This document shows, piece after piece, positions 10,539 through 18,978 of a DNA stretch of 41,051 nt. Made by a program: the position numbers and the translations under genes. The DNA is from Modestobacter sp. (lineage in GTDB: Bacteria; Actinomycetota; Actinomycetes; Mycobacteriales; Geodermatophilaceae), in contig JAICZD010000001.1 of the NCBI GenBank assembly GCA_025933855.1, forward strand, positions 1-41,051, given 5' to 3'. The notes beneath the pieces are model-generated. The model was not told the origin of the DNA and did not search any database. It was given only the letters and a program-made list of their open reading frames with translations. Position 1 is the first letter of the stretch. Each line of letters starts with the position of its first letter.

Positions 10539-11371
10539 AGATCTGGATCTCCTTCGACATGGAAGGGGTCGCCGGCATCGTCGACTGGGACCAGTGCCGC
10601 CCCAGCGGCGGCGCCCGGTACGACGTGGGCTGCCGGCTGATGCTCGCCGAGGTGAACGCCGCCATCGAGGGCGCGCTGGCCGGCGGTGCCACCGAGGTCG
10701 TGCTCAACGACTCGCACGGCACGATGGCGAACCTGGACCCGCGGGCGATCGCCGGCAACGCCGGCTACGTCTCCGGCCGGCACAAGCCCCGCTACATGAT
10801 GCAGGGGCTGGACGAGACGTTCGACGCGGCGTTCCTGGTCGGCTACCACGGGTCGATCTCCGGGCGGCCCTCGACGCTGTCCCACACCTACAACCCCGAG
10901 GTGTTCGCCGCCGCCCGGGTGAACGGCGAGCTGGTCGGGGAGAGCGGGATCAACGCGCTGGTCGCCGAGCACTACGGCGTGCCGATCGCGTTCGTCTCCG
11001 GTGACTCGGTGACGCGGGCGGAGACCGAGCCCTTCGCCAAGGGCGCGGTGCACGTGACCACCAAGGAGTCGATCACCCGGTTCGCCGCCACCAACCTGCA
11101 CCCCGACGAGTCCTGCCGGCTGATCCGCGAGGGCGCCGAGCAGGCCGCGCGGCGGGTCGCCGAGGGCGGCGTGCCGACCCCGGGCATCACCCGGCCGGCG
11201 ACCCTGGAGCTGGACCTGCAGACCGGCGACATGGCCGAGGTGGCGACCTGGGCCCGCGGCGTGGAACGGACCGGCGAGCGGTCGGTGCGGATCGCCGGTG
11301 AGGACCTGCTGGAGATGTTCACCTCGTTCGTCGCCGTCACCTACATCACCCGCCAGGCCGGTGGCCGTTGA
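10535..11371 (+). CDS. M55 family D-aminopeptidase (Bacillus DppA-like)
   Basis: ATGA overlap. Motifs MKIWISFDMEG (DxE Zn ligands), NDSHG, VGYH, LSHTY, GESGINA, VSGD. Confidence 0.92.
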
Positions 11372-12339
11372 GCCGCCCCGCCGCCGGTGGCCCGGAGCCG
11401 GACCCGTCCGGAGAGCCCTCGCACGTCCAGCTCTTCCAGGTGGGGCCCGCGGCCAGTGGCTGGGCCCTTGCCCTGCACGGCGGTGCGGGCGGCCGGGTGG
11501 AGGAGCTGTCGCTGGACGCCGCCGGCGACTACCGGCAGGGCCTGACCGCGGCGTACACGGCCGGTGCCGCGGTGCTGGCCGCCGGGGGCAGCGCGCTGGA
11601 CGCGGTCTGCGCCGCCGTGGAGCGCCTCGAGGACGACCCGCTGTTCAACGCCGGCCGGGGCGCCGCCCTCACCGCCGCCGGCACCGCGGAGCTCGATGCC
11701 TGCGTGATGACCGGCGACGGCCGCGCGGGCGCGGTGGCCGCCTGCCGGCACGCCCGCAACCCGGTGCACGCCGCGCGGAAGGTGATGGAGGACAGCGCCG
11801 CCGTGCTGCTGGTCGCCCCGGGTGAGGACCGGCTCAACGGCTGGCACCTGGAGACCGTTCCACCGGAGTACTTCCTCACCCCGGCGCGCCAGCAGCAGCT
11901 GCGCAACGTGCAGGACCGGGTGCTGCAGGGCTCCCGGCACGGCACCGTCGGTGCCGTCGCGGTCGACCTGCGCGGCCGCGTCGCGGCCGCCACCTCGACC
12001 GGCGGCATGGTCAACCAGAGCGAGGGACGGGTCGGCGACACGCCCATCGTCGGCGCGGGCACCTACGCCCGCGACGGCGTCGGTGCCATCTCCTGCACCG
12101 GCGAGGGGGAGGCGTTCATCCAGGGCGTCGTCGCGGTGGACGTCGCCGCCCGGGTCCGCTACCTGGGGACGCCGATGGCCCAGGCCATCGAGGCGACGGT
12201 GCGCGCCGAGCTCGTGCCCCGGGGGGCCACCGGTGGGCTGATCGCGGTGGCCGCCGACGGCTCGGTCGTCGTCGGCCACAACTCGCCGATGATGTTCGCC
12301 GCGTACTCCGACGGCGACCGCCTGGTGACCCGCACCTGA
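11368..12339 (+). CDS. iaaA: Isoaspartyl peptidase/L-asparaginase (Ntn hydrolase, T2)
   Basis: TTG start overlapping the previous stop. Motifs LHGGAG, LEDDPLFNAGRG, nucleophile HG-T-VGAVA, ATSTGG, GRVGDTP, SCTGEGE. Confidence 0.92.
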   Translation: MSRPAAGGPEPDPSGEPSHVQLFQVGPAASGWALALHGGAGGRVEELSLDAAGDYRQGLTAAYTAGAAVLAAGGSALDAVCAAVERLEDDPLFNAGRGAALTAAGTAELDACVMTGDGRAGAVAACRHARNPVHAARKVMEDSAAVLLVAPGEDRLNGWHLETVPPEYFLTPARQQQLRNVQDRVLQGSRHGTVGAVAVDLRGRVAAATSTGGMVNQSEGRVGDTPIVGAGTYARDGVGAISCTGEGEAFIQGVVAVDVAARVRYLGTPMAQAIEATVRAELVPRGATGGLIAVAADGSVVVGHNSPMMFAAYSDGDRLVTRT

Positions 12340-12347
12340 GCGCGGCC

Positions 12348-13256
12348 GTGACGCAGATCAGGGACGCGGTGTTCGTCCGGATGGACGAGCTGACCCCGGC
12401 GGAGAAGAAGGTGGCCCGCTCGCTGCTGGCCAACTACCCGAGCGCGGGACTGGCCAGCGCGGCGACGCTGGCCAAGGCCGCGGGCACCAGCACGCCGACC
12501 GTGCTGCGGCTGGTGACCCGGATCGGGATCGGCAGCTACCCGGAGTTCCAGGAGCGGCTGCGCGCGGAGATCACCCAGCAGATGAACTCCCCGGTCAGCC
12601 GGGCAGCCGACCGGCTCCGCGGGGACGGCGACGGCACGCTGTTCTCCCGGTCCACGGCCCAGCGCCTGGAGCTGGTCGAGCGGCTGAGCACGACCGTGCC
12701 GCCCAGCGAGTTCGAGGCCGCGGTGTCCCTGCTGGCCGCCCCGGCACGGTCGGTGGTGGTCAGCGGGGGCTACTTCTCCCGGCACGTGGCGCAGATCCTG
12801 GTGATGCAGCTGGACCAGCTGGTGCCCGGGGTGCGGTTCGCGGCCGAGCCGCTGGGCCGCGACGTCGGCACCTACCTGGACCTGGGCCGGGACTCGGTGG
12901 CGGTCGTGCTCGACCTGCGCCGGTACGAGCTGCCCGCCAAGCAGGTGGCGTCACTGGCCAGGCAGCGTGGCGCGGCGGTGGTCGTGATCACCGACGAGGG
13001 GCTCTCGCCGGCCGCGGACGACGCCGACGTCGTGCTTCCCATCGCCGTGGAGGGCACGCCCTTCGACTCCTTCGCCGGGCTCCTCGTGCTGGTGGAGGCG
13101 CTGGTGGAGGCGGTGTTCCAGCGGGTGGGCAGCACCGGTCTGGACCGGATGCGCCAGTGGGAGGAGTCGGTGCTCATCCACCGCGCCTTCCGCGCCGGCC
13201 CGGTGCAGCCGCAGGACGAGAACGACGATCCCGACGACACCGAGACCGAGGGCTGA
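12348..13256 (+). CDS. MurR/RpiR family transcriptional regulator (HTH + SIS)
   Basis: HTH segment LTPAEKKVA...STPTVLRLVTRIGIGSYPEFQ; SIS-type VVVITD..LSP...ADVVL. Confidence 0.9.
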   Translation: MTQIRDAVFVRMDELTPAEKKVARSLLANYPSAGLASAATLAKAAGTSTPTVLRLVTRIGIGSYPEFQERLRAEITQQMNSPVSRAADRLRGDGDGTLFSRSTAQRLELVERLSTTVPPSEFEAAVSLLAAPARSVVVSGGYFSRHVAQILVMQLDQLVPGVRFAAEPLGRDVGTYLDLGRDSVAVVLDLRRYELPAKQVASLARQRGAAVVVITDEGLSPAADDADVVLPIAVEGTPFDSFAGLLVLVEALVEAVFQRVGSTGLDRMRQWEESVLIHRAFRAGPVQPQDENDDPDDTETEG

Positions 13257-13259
13257 GCC

Positions 13260-13958
13260 GTGGGCGAACTGGATGGCGCCGTCGCCGTGGTCACCGGGAC
13301 CGCGCAGGGCATCGGGCAGGCGATCGCGGGGACCCTCGCCGACGCCGGGGCCACCGTGCACGGCGTCGACAAGGACACCGTGGACCTGTCGGTGAGCGCG
13401 GCGGTCGAGCAGTTCTTCGCCGGGATCGGCGACGTCGACGTCCTGGTCAACAACGCCGGCGGCGTGACCGGGCAGACCCACGTGCCCATCGACGAGCTCA
13501 CCGACGCGGCCTGGGACGCCGTCGTCGACGCCAACCTGCGGACGACGCTGAACTGCACCCGGGCCGCCGCGCGGTCGATGAAGCGCCGCCGCTACGGCCG
13601 GATCGTGACGATCTCCTCCGGCGCCGGGCGCAGCGTGAGCCTCACCGGCATCCAGGCCTACGCCTCGGCCAAGGCGGCCCAGATCGGCTTCACCCGGCAG
13701 CTGGCCCACGAGCTGGGGCCCTTCGGCATCACGGTCAACTGCATCGCGCCGGGTTTCGTGCTGTCCAACCCGACCACCCAGCGGCAGTGGGAGAGCTACG
13801 GGGAGGACGGCCAGCGGGCGCTGCTGGAGCGGATCGCGGTGCGCGCCACCGGAAAGCCGCAGGACATCGCCCGCGGCGTCCGGTTCTTCGTCGCTCCCGA
13901 CGCCGGCTGGGTCAGCGGCCAGACGCTGTCCATCGACGGCGGCCACTCGCTGTTCTGA
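13260..13958 (+). CDS. Short-chain dehydrogenase/reductase (SDR)
   Basis: TGTAQGIG, LVNNAGG, catalytic YASAK, VNCIAPG, GQTLSIDGG. Confidence 0.93.
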   Translation: MGELDGAVAVVTGTAQGIGQAIAGTLADAGATVHGVDKDTVDLSVSAAVEQFFAGIGDVDVLVNNAGGVTGQTHVPIDELTDAAWDAVVDANLRTTLNCTRAAARSMKRRRYGRIVTISSGAGRSVSLTGIQAYASAKAAQIGFTRQLAHELGPFGITVNCIAPGFVLSNPTTQRQWESYGEDGQRALLERIAVRATGKPQDIARGVRFFVAPDAGWVSGQTLSIDGGHSLF

Positions 13959-13983
13959 CCACTCCGCTCCGAGAACAGGACCC

Positions 13984-15714
13984 ATGTCCCAGGACCCGAC
14001 GGCCGCCGCGGCGGCGACGACGCTCGCCGAGCTCGGCGAGCGGTACTTCCGCACGCAGCACACCTACGACCCCTACAACGCCACGCTGCTCGGGATCACC
14101 GAGTTCGACCACCTCGCCGGTGACCCGAGCCGGGCGGCCGGCGAGCAGGCAGCCGGCGACTTCGCCGCGATCGACGCCGAGCTCGCCGCGCTGGATCCCG
14201 CGGTGCTGGACGAGGCCGGGCAGGTCGACCACGCGGTGCTCACGGTGCTGTCCCGCGGCGCCGGGCGGGACGCGCACTCCGCGTTGTGGGCGGCCAACGC
14301 GTCGGCGAAGGGGTACGTCAGCCGGCAGGGCCTGGTCTTCCAGGCGGTGCCGGCGATGACGATCGCCGACGCCGACGGTGCCGACCGTTACGAGCACCGG
14401 CTGGCCGGCGTAGGTCCCTTCCTGGCGGCCCTGGGGGAGCGGTACCGCGAGGAGGCCGCCCGCGGCCGGGTCCCCACCGCGCTCGGGGTGGCGCACGCGG
14501 TCACGCAGCTGGAGGGTCACCTGGCGCTGGACCTGGACGACGACCAGCTGCTGGGGCCGGCCACCCGCGCCGGGGATCCCGAGCTGTGCGAGCGGGCCCG
14601 GGAGACGATCGCCTCCTCGGTGCGCCCGGCGATGGCCGCCCTGGCCGAGCTGCTGCGCACCGGGCTGGCGCCGGTGGCCCGGCCCGACGACCGGGTCGGC
14701 ATCAGCGAGGTGCCCGGCGGTGCCGAGGGCTACGCCGACGCCGTCGCCCGGCACACCACCACCGACCTGAGCCCCGCCGCGATCCACCAGATCGGCCTGG
14801 ACACCCTGGCCGAGCTGGCGCCCCGGTGGGCGGAGATCGGCGGCCGGGCGCTGGGCGTGCGGCACTTCCCGGCGATCGCCGACCGGCTGCGGTCGGACCC
14901 GGCGCTGCGGTTCGAGACCAGCGAGCAGATCGTCGAGGTCGCCGAGCGGGCCCTGGCGCGGGCCCGGTCGGCGCAGGACGACTGGTTCCCGCGCTACGAC
15001 ATCCCGCCGTGCGTCATCGAGGAGGTCAACCCGATCGACGCCCAGGGATCGGCGCTGGCCTACTACCGCCCGCCGGCGGTCGACGGCAGCCGGCCCGGCG
15101 CGCACTGCCTGCTGGCCACCCACCCGCAGGAGCGCTTCCGGTTCGAGTACGAGGCGTTGGCCTTCCACGAATCGGTGCCCTGGCACCATCTGCAGCTGGC
15201 CACCGCGCAGACCCTGGACCTGCCCCGCTACCGCCAGCACCTGGACGTCGAGGCGTGCAGCTTCAACGAGGGCTGGGGGCTCTACGCCGAGGGCCTGGCC
15301 GAGGAGATGGGCCTCTACAGCGGCGACGTGGCCCTGCTGGGCATGCTGTCCTTCGCCGCGCTGCGCGCCTGCCGGCTGGTCATCGACACCGGCGTCCACT
15401 CCCTGGGCTGGTCCCGGCAGCGGGCCGTGGAGTTCCTGTGGGCGCACACCGCCACCACCCGGGAGAACGCCACCAGCGAGGTGGACCGCTACATCTGCTG
15501 GCCGGGCCAGGCGCTGGCCTACCGGATCGGCCAGCGGGAGATCCTCCGGCTGCGCGACCGCGCCCGCGCCCAGCTCGGACCGCGGTTCGACCCGGTGGGC
15601 TTCCACGGTGCGGTGCTCGGCAACGGCGCGCTCCCGTTGCCGGTGCTGGACCGGACCATCGCCCGCTGGACGGCGGACGTCACATCCCAGGAGGAGGCGT
15701 CCGCGTGGACGTGA
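13984..15714 (+). CDS. DUF885 family putative metallopeptidase (no signal peptide)
   Basis: Motifs AYYRPP..DGSRPG, HESVPWHHLQ (family consensus recalled as HExxPGHH), FNEGWGLYAE, RACRLVIDTGVH, EVDRY..WPGQALAY. Confidence 0.88.
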   Translation: MSQDPTAAAAATTLAELGERYFRTQHTYDPYNATLLGITEFDHLAGDPSRAAGEQAAGDFAAIDAELAALDPAVLDEAGQVDHAVLTVLSRGAGRDAHSALWAANASAKGYVSRQGLVFQAVPAMTIADADGADRYEHRLAGVGPFLAALGERYREEAARGRVPTALGVAHAVTQLEGHLALDLDDDQLLGPATRAGDPELCERARETIASSVRPAMAALAELLRTGLAPVARPDDRVGISEVPGGAEGYADAVARHTTTDLSPAAIHQIGLDTLAELAPRWAEIGGRALGVRHFPAIADRLRSDPALRFETSEQIVEVAERALARARSAQDDWFPRYDIPPCVIEEVNPIDAQGSALAYYRPPAVDGSRPGAHCLLATHPQERFRFEYEALAFHESVPWHHLQLATAQTLDLPRYRQHLDVEACSFNEGWGLYAEGLAEEMGLYSGDVALLGMLSFAALRACRLVIDTGVHSLGWSRQRAVEFLWAHTATTRENATSEVDRYICWPGQALAYRIGQREILRLRDRARAQLGPRFDPVGFHGAVLGNGALPLPVLDRTIARWTADVTSQEEASAWT

Positions 15715-16556
15715 CGATCAACGGCTGCCGGCTGAACGTGGAGCTGCTCGGCCCCGAGGACGGCCCGGTGCTCATCGCCCACCACGGTGGCGGCGGGATC
15801 GGCTCGCTCGCCGAGCCCAAGGCCACCTTCGGGCCGCTGGCCGACCGGTTCCGGGTCGTCGTGTTCGACGCCCGCGGGTGCGGCCGGAGCGAGGGCATCC
15901 CGCCCTACTCCCACGAGCAGTGGGCGGCCGACGTCGAGGGCCTGAGGACGTGGATCGGCGCCGAGCAGGTCGTCGTCGCCGGCGGCTCCTACGGCGGGTT
16001 CATCGCCCTCGAGTACGCGGTGCGCCACCCCGGCCGGGTCTCGGCGATCGTGCTGCGGGACACCTCCGCGGACGGCAGCAACCTGGAGCTGGCGTTCGAG
16101 AACGCCCGCAACCAGGACCGGGTGCAGATCGACTGGGAACGGTTCAACCGCTACTGGCACGGCGAGACCCGGGACGACGCGGACCTCAAGCAGCTGTGGA
16201 GCGAGCTGATCCCGCTCTACGACCACGACTACGACCCGGCGAGGTCCGCCGCGGCGGTAGAGGCCGGCTGCTACCGGCACGAGGCGCACAACTGGTGCTT
16301 CCAGCACAACTGGGCCGCCTACGACCTCAAGGACGCCCTCCCGGCGGTCGACGCGCCCACGCTGGCCACCGTCGGGCGGTACGACTGGGTCACCCCGGTC
16401 AGCTCCTCGGAGACCATCGCCGATCTGATGCCGAACGCCGAGCTGGTGGTGTTCGAGAACTCCGGGCACTCCCCGCAGAACGAGGAGCGGGAGCTGTTCC
16501 AGTCGACCGTCCGCGGGTTCCTGGACCGCGTCGTCCCGGTCGGGGCGCCGGCGTGA
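15705..16556 (+). CDS. Alpha/beta hydrolase, proline-iminopeptidase (S33)-like
   Basis: RBS GGAGGAGG, GTG at 15705. Oxyanion motif HGGGG, DARGCGRS, nucleophile GGSYGG, GRYDWVTP, SGHSP. Confidence 0.88.
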   Translation: MDVTINGCRLNVELLGPEDGPVLIAHHGGGGIGSLAEPKATFGPLADRFRVVVFDARGCGRSEGIPPYSHEQWAADVEGLRTWIGAEQVVVAGGSYGGFIALEYAVRHPGRVSAIVLRDTSADGSNLELAFENARNQDRVQIDWERFNRYWHGETRDDADLKQLWSELIPLYDHDYDPARSAAAVEAGCYRHEAHNWCFQHNWAAYDLKDALPAVDAPTLATVGRYDWVTPVSSSETIADLMPNAELVVFENSGHSPQNEERELFQSTVRGFLDRVVPVGAPA

Positions 16557-17521
16557 GCGGGCCGCTGGTCATCATCGGCGCGGGCGCCATCGGCGGCACG
16601 CTGGGCGCGCACCTGGCCCGGGCCGGGCACGAGGTGCTGCTCTGCGACGCCGACGCGGCCCACGTGGCCGCGATCCGGGAGCACGGGCTGCGGATCGAGG
16701 GCCCGGTCGAGGAGTTCACCGTCGCCGTCCCCGCGGTGACCCCCGAGGAGCTCCCGGACCGGATCGACCGGGCGATCGTCGCGGTCAAGAGCCTGCACAC
16801 CCGCTCGGCCGCCGACCTGCTGCGCGACCGGCTCGCCGCGGACGGCTACGTGCTCACCGTGCAGAACGGGCTGACCGCCGACGTCCTCGTCGCGGCGGTC
16901 GGCGCCGACCGGGTGGTGTCCAGCTTCGTCAACTTCGGCGCCGACCTGATGAGCCCCGGCGTGATCCTGCAGGGCAACGTCGCGACGTTCCGGATCGGCG
17001 AGCTCGCCGGCGGGACGATCACCCCGCGGGTGCGCGAGCTCGCCGAGCTGCTGCCCTACGCCGAGCCGACCGGCAACGTGCTGGGCTACCTGTGGGGCAA
17101 GGAGGCCTACGGCGCGATGCTCTGGGCCGGCGCCGTCTCCGACCTGCCCATCGCCGAGACCCTCGAACGGCCCGCCTACCGGCCGGTGATGATCGCCATC
17201 GCCCAGGAGGTGCTCGACCAGGCGCCGGTCCGGGTGGAGAGCTTCGACGGCTTCGTCCCCGACGACCTCGAGGGGTCCCTCGACCGGCTCGCCGCGTTCA
17301 ACCGGCGCAGCGCCAAGACGCACAGCGGCATCTACCGCGACCTCGCCGTCCGCAGGCGCAAGACCGAGATCGACGAGATGCTCCGCGACGTCTCCGGGCC
17401 GGTGTTCGACAAGGTCGCCGAGCTCATCCACGACATCGAGCAGGGCCGGCGGGTCTGCGAGGTGGCCAACCTCGACGAGCTGGCCGCCTTCGTCGCTGCC
17501 CGCGCCACCCGACCGACGTGA
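16553..17521 (+). CDS. Ketopantoate reductase (ApbA/PanE)-family oxidoreductase
   Basis: GTGA overlap. Motifs IIGAGAIGG, VAVKS, VQNGL, LWGK, HSGIYRDL..RRRKTEID. Confidence 0.88.
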   Translation: MSGPLVIIGAGAIGGTLGAHLARAGHEVLLCDADAAHVAAIREHGLRIEGPVEEFTVAVPAVTPEELPDRIDRAIVAVKSLHTRSAADLLRDRLAADGYVLTVQNGLTADVLVAAVGADRVVSSFVNFGADLMSPGVILQGNVATFRIGELAGGTITPRVRELAELLPYAEPTGNVLGYLWGKEAYGAMLWAGAVSDLPIAETLERPAYRPVMIAIAQEVLDQAPVRVESFDGFVPDDLEGSLDRLAAFNRRSAKTHSGIYRDLAVRRRKTEIDEMLRDVSGPVFDKVAELIHDIEQGRRVCEVANLDELAAFVAARATRPT

Positions 17522-17721
17522 TCCCCGAGCGCGGCGAGGCGGGCGTCGCCGCCGTCCGCGAGCTCACCGGCGGCCGGGGCGTGGCGCACGTCGTGGAGGC
17601 CGTCGGCACCGGCAGCTTCGACCCAGGGCCGGTCTTCGACCTCACCCTGCCGCTGGAGTCGGTCGCCGAGGGGTACGCGGTGATGTCCGAGCGTCGCTCG
17701 ATCACGACCATGTCGTCCTGA
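17518..17721 (+). pseudogene. Internally deleted C-terminal remnant of a Zn-dependent alcohol dehydrogenase (MDR), still an open 67-codon frame
   Basis: (TD)VIPERGEAGVAAVRELTGGRGVAHVVEAVGT is joined directly to GSFDPGPVFDLTLPLESVAEGYAVMSERRSI. As I recall, these two MDR segments are normally about 60 aa apart. Confidence 0.8.
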
Positions 17722-18978
17722 ATGGCGGCGCTGCGGATCGCCGATGTGCTCGCCGTCCCGGTGCGCGGCGGCTCCTTCACCGACGACCAGGCGGCCATCC
17801 GCGCCGGCGCGGAGCACGACGGCTTCAGCTACGCCGGGACGCCGCTCACCCCCGGGTTCCGGGCGATCCGGCAGCCGGCGGAGGCGCTGTCGGTGGTGCT
17901 GGTGCTCGACGACGGGTCGGTGGAGTTCGGCGACTGCGTCGGCGTGCAGTACGCCGGCGCCGCCGGCCGCGACCCGGTCCTCTCCGCCGCCCGGGCCCGG
18001 GCGGACGTGCTCGGCCACCACGCCCCGCGGCTGGCCGGCGCGGCGGTCGACGACTTCCGCGCCCTGGCCGGGCAGCTGGACGCGGTGCGGGCCGGGGACG
18101 GACTGCTGCACACCGCGGTGCGCTACGGGGCCAGCCAGGCGCTGCTCGCCGCGGTCGCCCGCAACGCCCGCCGCACCATGGCCGAGGTCGTCCGCGACGA
18201 GTACGCCACCGGTGCGCCGCTGGAGCCGGTGCCGGTCTACGCGCAGAGCGGCGAGGACCGGTACCGGAACGCCGACAAGATGATCCTCGCCGGCGTGGAC
18301 GTGCTGCCGCACGGGTTGTTCGCCACCGTCGAGGCCATCGGGCCGCGGGGCGAGGGGCTGGCCGGCTACCTGCGCTGGCTGGTCGCCCGGATCGCGCAGC
18401 TGCGGCCGGAGCGCGGCTACCGCCCCCGGCTGCACGTGGACACCTACGGCACGCCGGGGCTCGCCTTCGGTGGCGACCTGTCCGCGGTGGCCGACTACCT
18501 GGCCGGCCTGGGGGAGCTCTGCGCGCCGTTCGACCTGGCCGTGGAGCACCCCGTCGACGCCGGCAGCCGCGACGCCCAGATCGCCGCCTGCGCGCAGCTG
18601 CGGGCCGAGCTCGCCCGGCGGGGCAGCGGCGTCCGCCTCGTCGTCGACGAGTGGTGCAACACGCTGGCCGACGTCGAGGCGTTCGTCGCCGCCGGCGCCG
18701 CCGACGTCGTGCACGTCAAGACCCCGGACCTCGGCTCGCTGACCGGCACCATCGAGGCGCTGCTGCTGGTCCGGGCGGCGGGGCTGGAGGCGTTCTGCGG
18801 CGGCAGCTGCACCGAGACCGACCGCTCCGCCCAGGTCACCGCGCACGTCGCGATGGCCTGCGAGGCGAGCCAGGTGCTGGCCAAACCCGGCATGGGCGTG
18901 GACGAGGGAGTGATGACCGTGGGCAACGAGATGGCCCGCACCGCGGCACTGGCCGCGCGGCGGAGGGGAACCGCATGA
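17722..18978 (+). CDS. mal: Methylaspartate ammonia-lyase (enolase superfamily)
   Basis: Motifs DDQAAI, HDGF, GDC..VQYAG..GRDP, AQSG.DRY.N.DKMI, DVLPHGL, metal ligands HVDTYG/VEHP/VDEWCNT, catalytic KTPDLG, LAKPGMGVDEG. Confidence 0.93.
   Translation: MAALRIADVLAVPVRGGSFTDDQAAIRAGAEHDGFSYAGTPLTPGFRAIRQPAEALSVVLVLDDGSVEFGDCVGVQYAGAAGRDPVLSAARARADVLGHHAPRLAGAAVDDFRALAGQLDAVRAGDGLLHTAVRYGASQALLAAVARNARRTMAEVVRDEYATGAPLEPVPVYAQSGEDRYRNADKMILAGVDVLPHGLFATVEAIGPRGEGLAGYLRWLVARIAQLRPERGYRPRLHVDTYGTPGLAFGGDLSAVADYLAGLGELCAPFDLAVEHPVDAGSRDAQIAACAQLRAELARRGSGVRLVVDEWCNTLADVEAFVAAGAADVVHVKTPDLGSLTGTIEALLLVRAAGLEAFCGGSCTETDRSAQVTAHVAMACEASQVLAKPGMGVDEGVMTVGNEMARTAALAARRRGTA

Noticed and set aside
13260-13958. 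SDR as the missing phaB
   Set aside because: It lies inside the peptide-catabolic operon about 8 kb from phaC and shows no feature tying it to acetoacetyl-CoA reductases.
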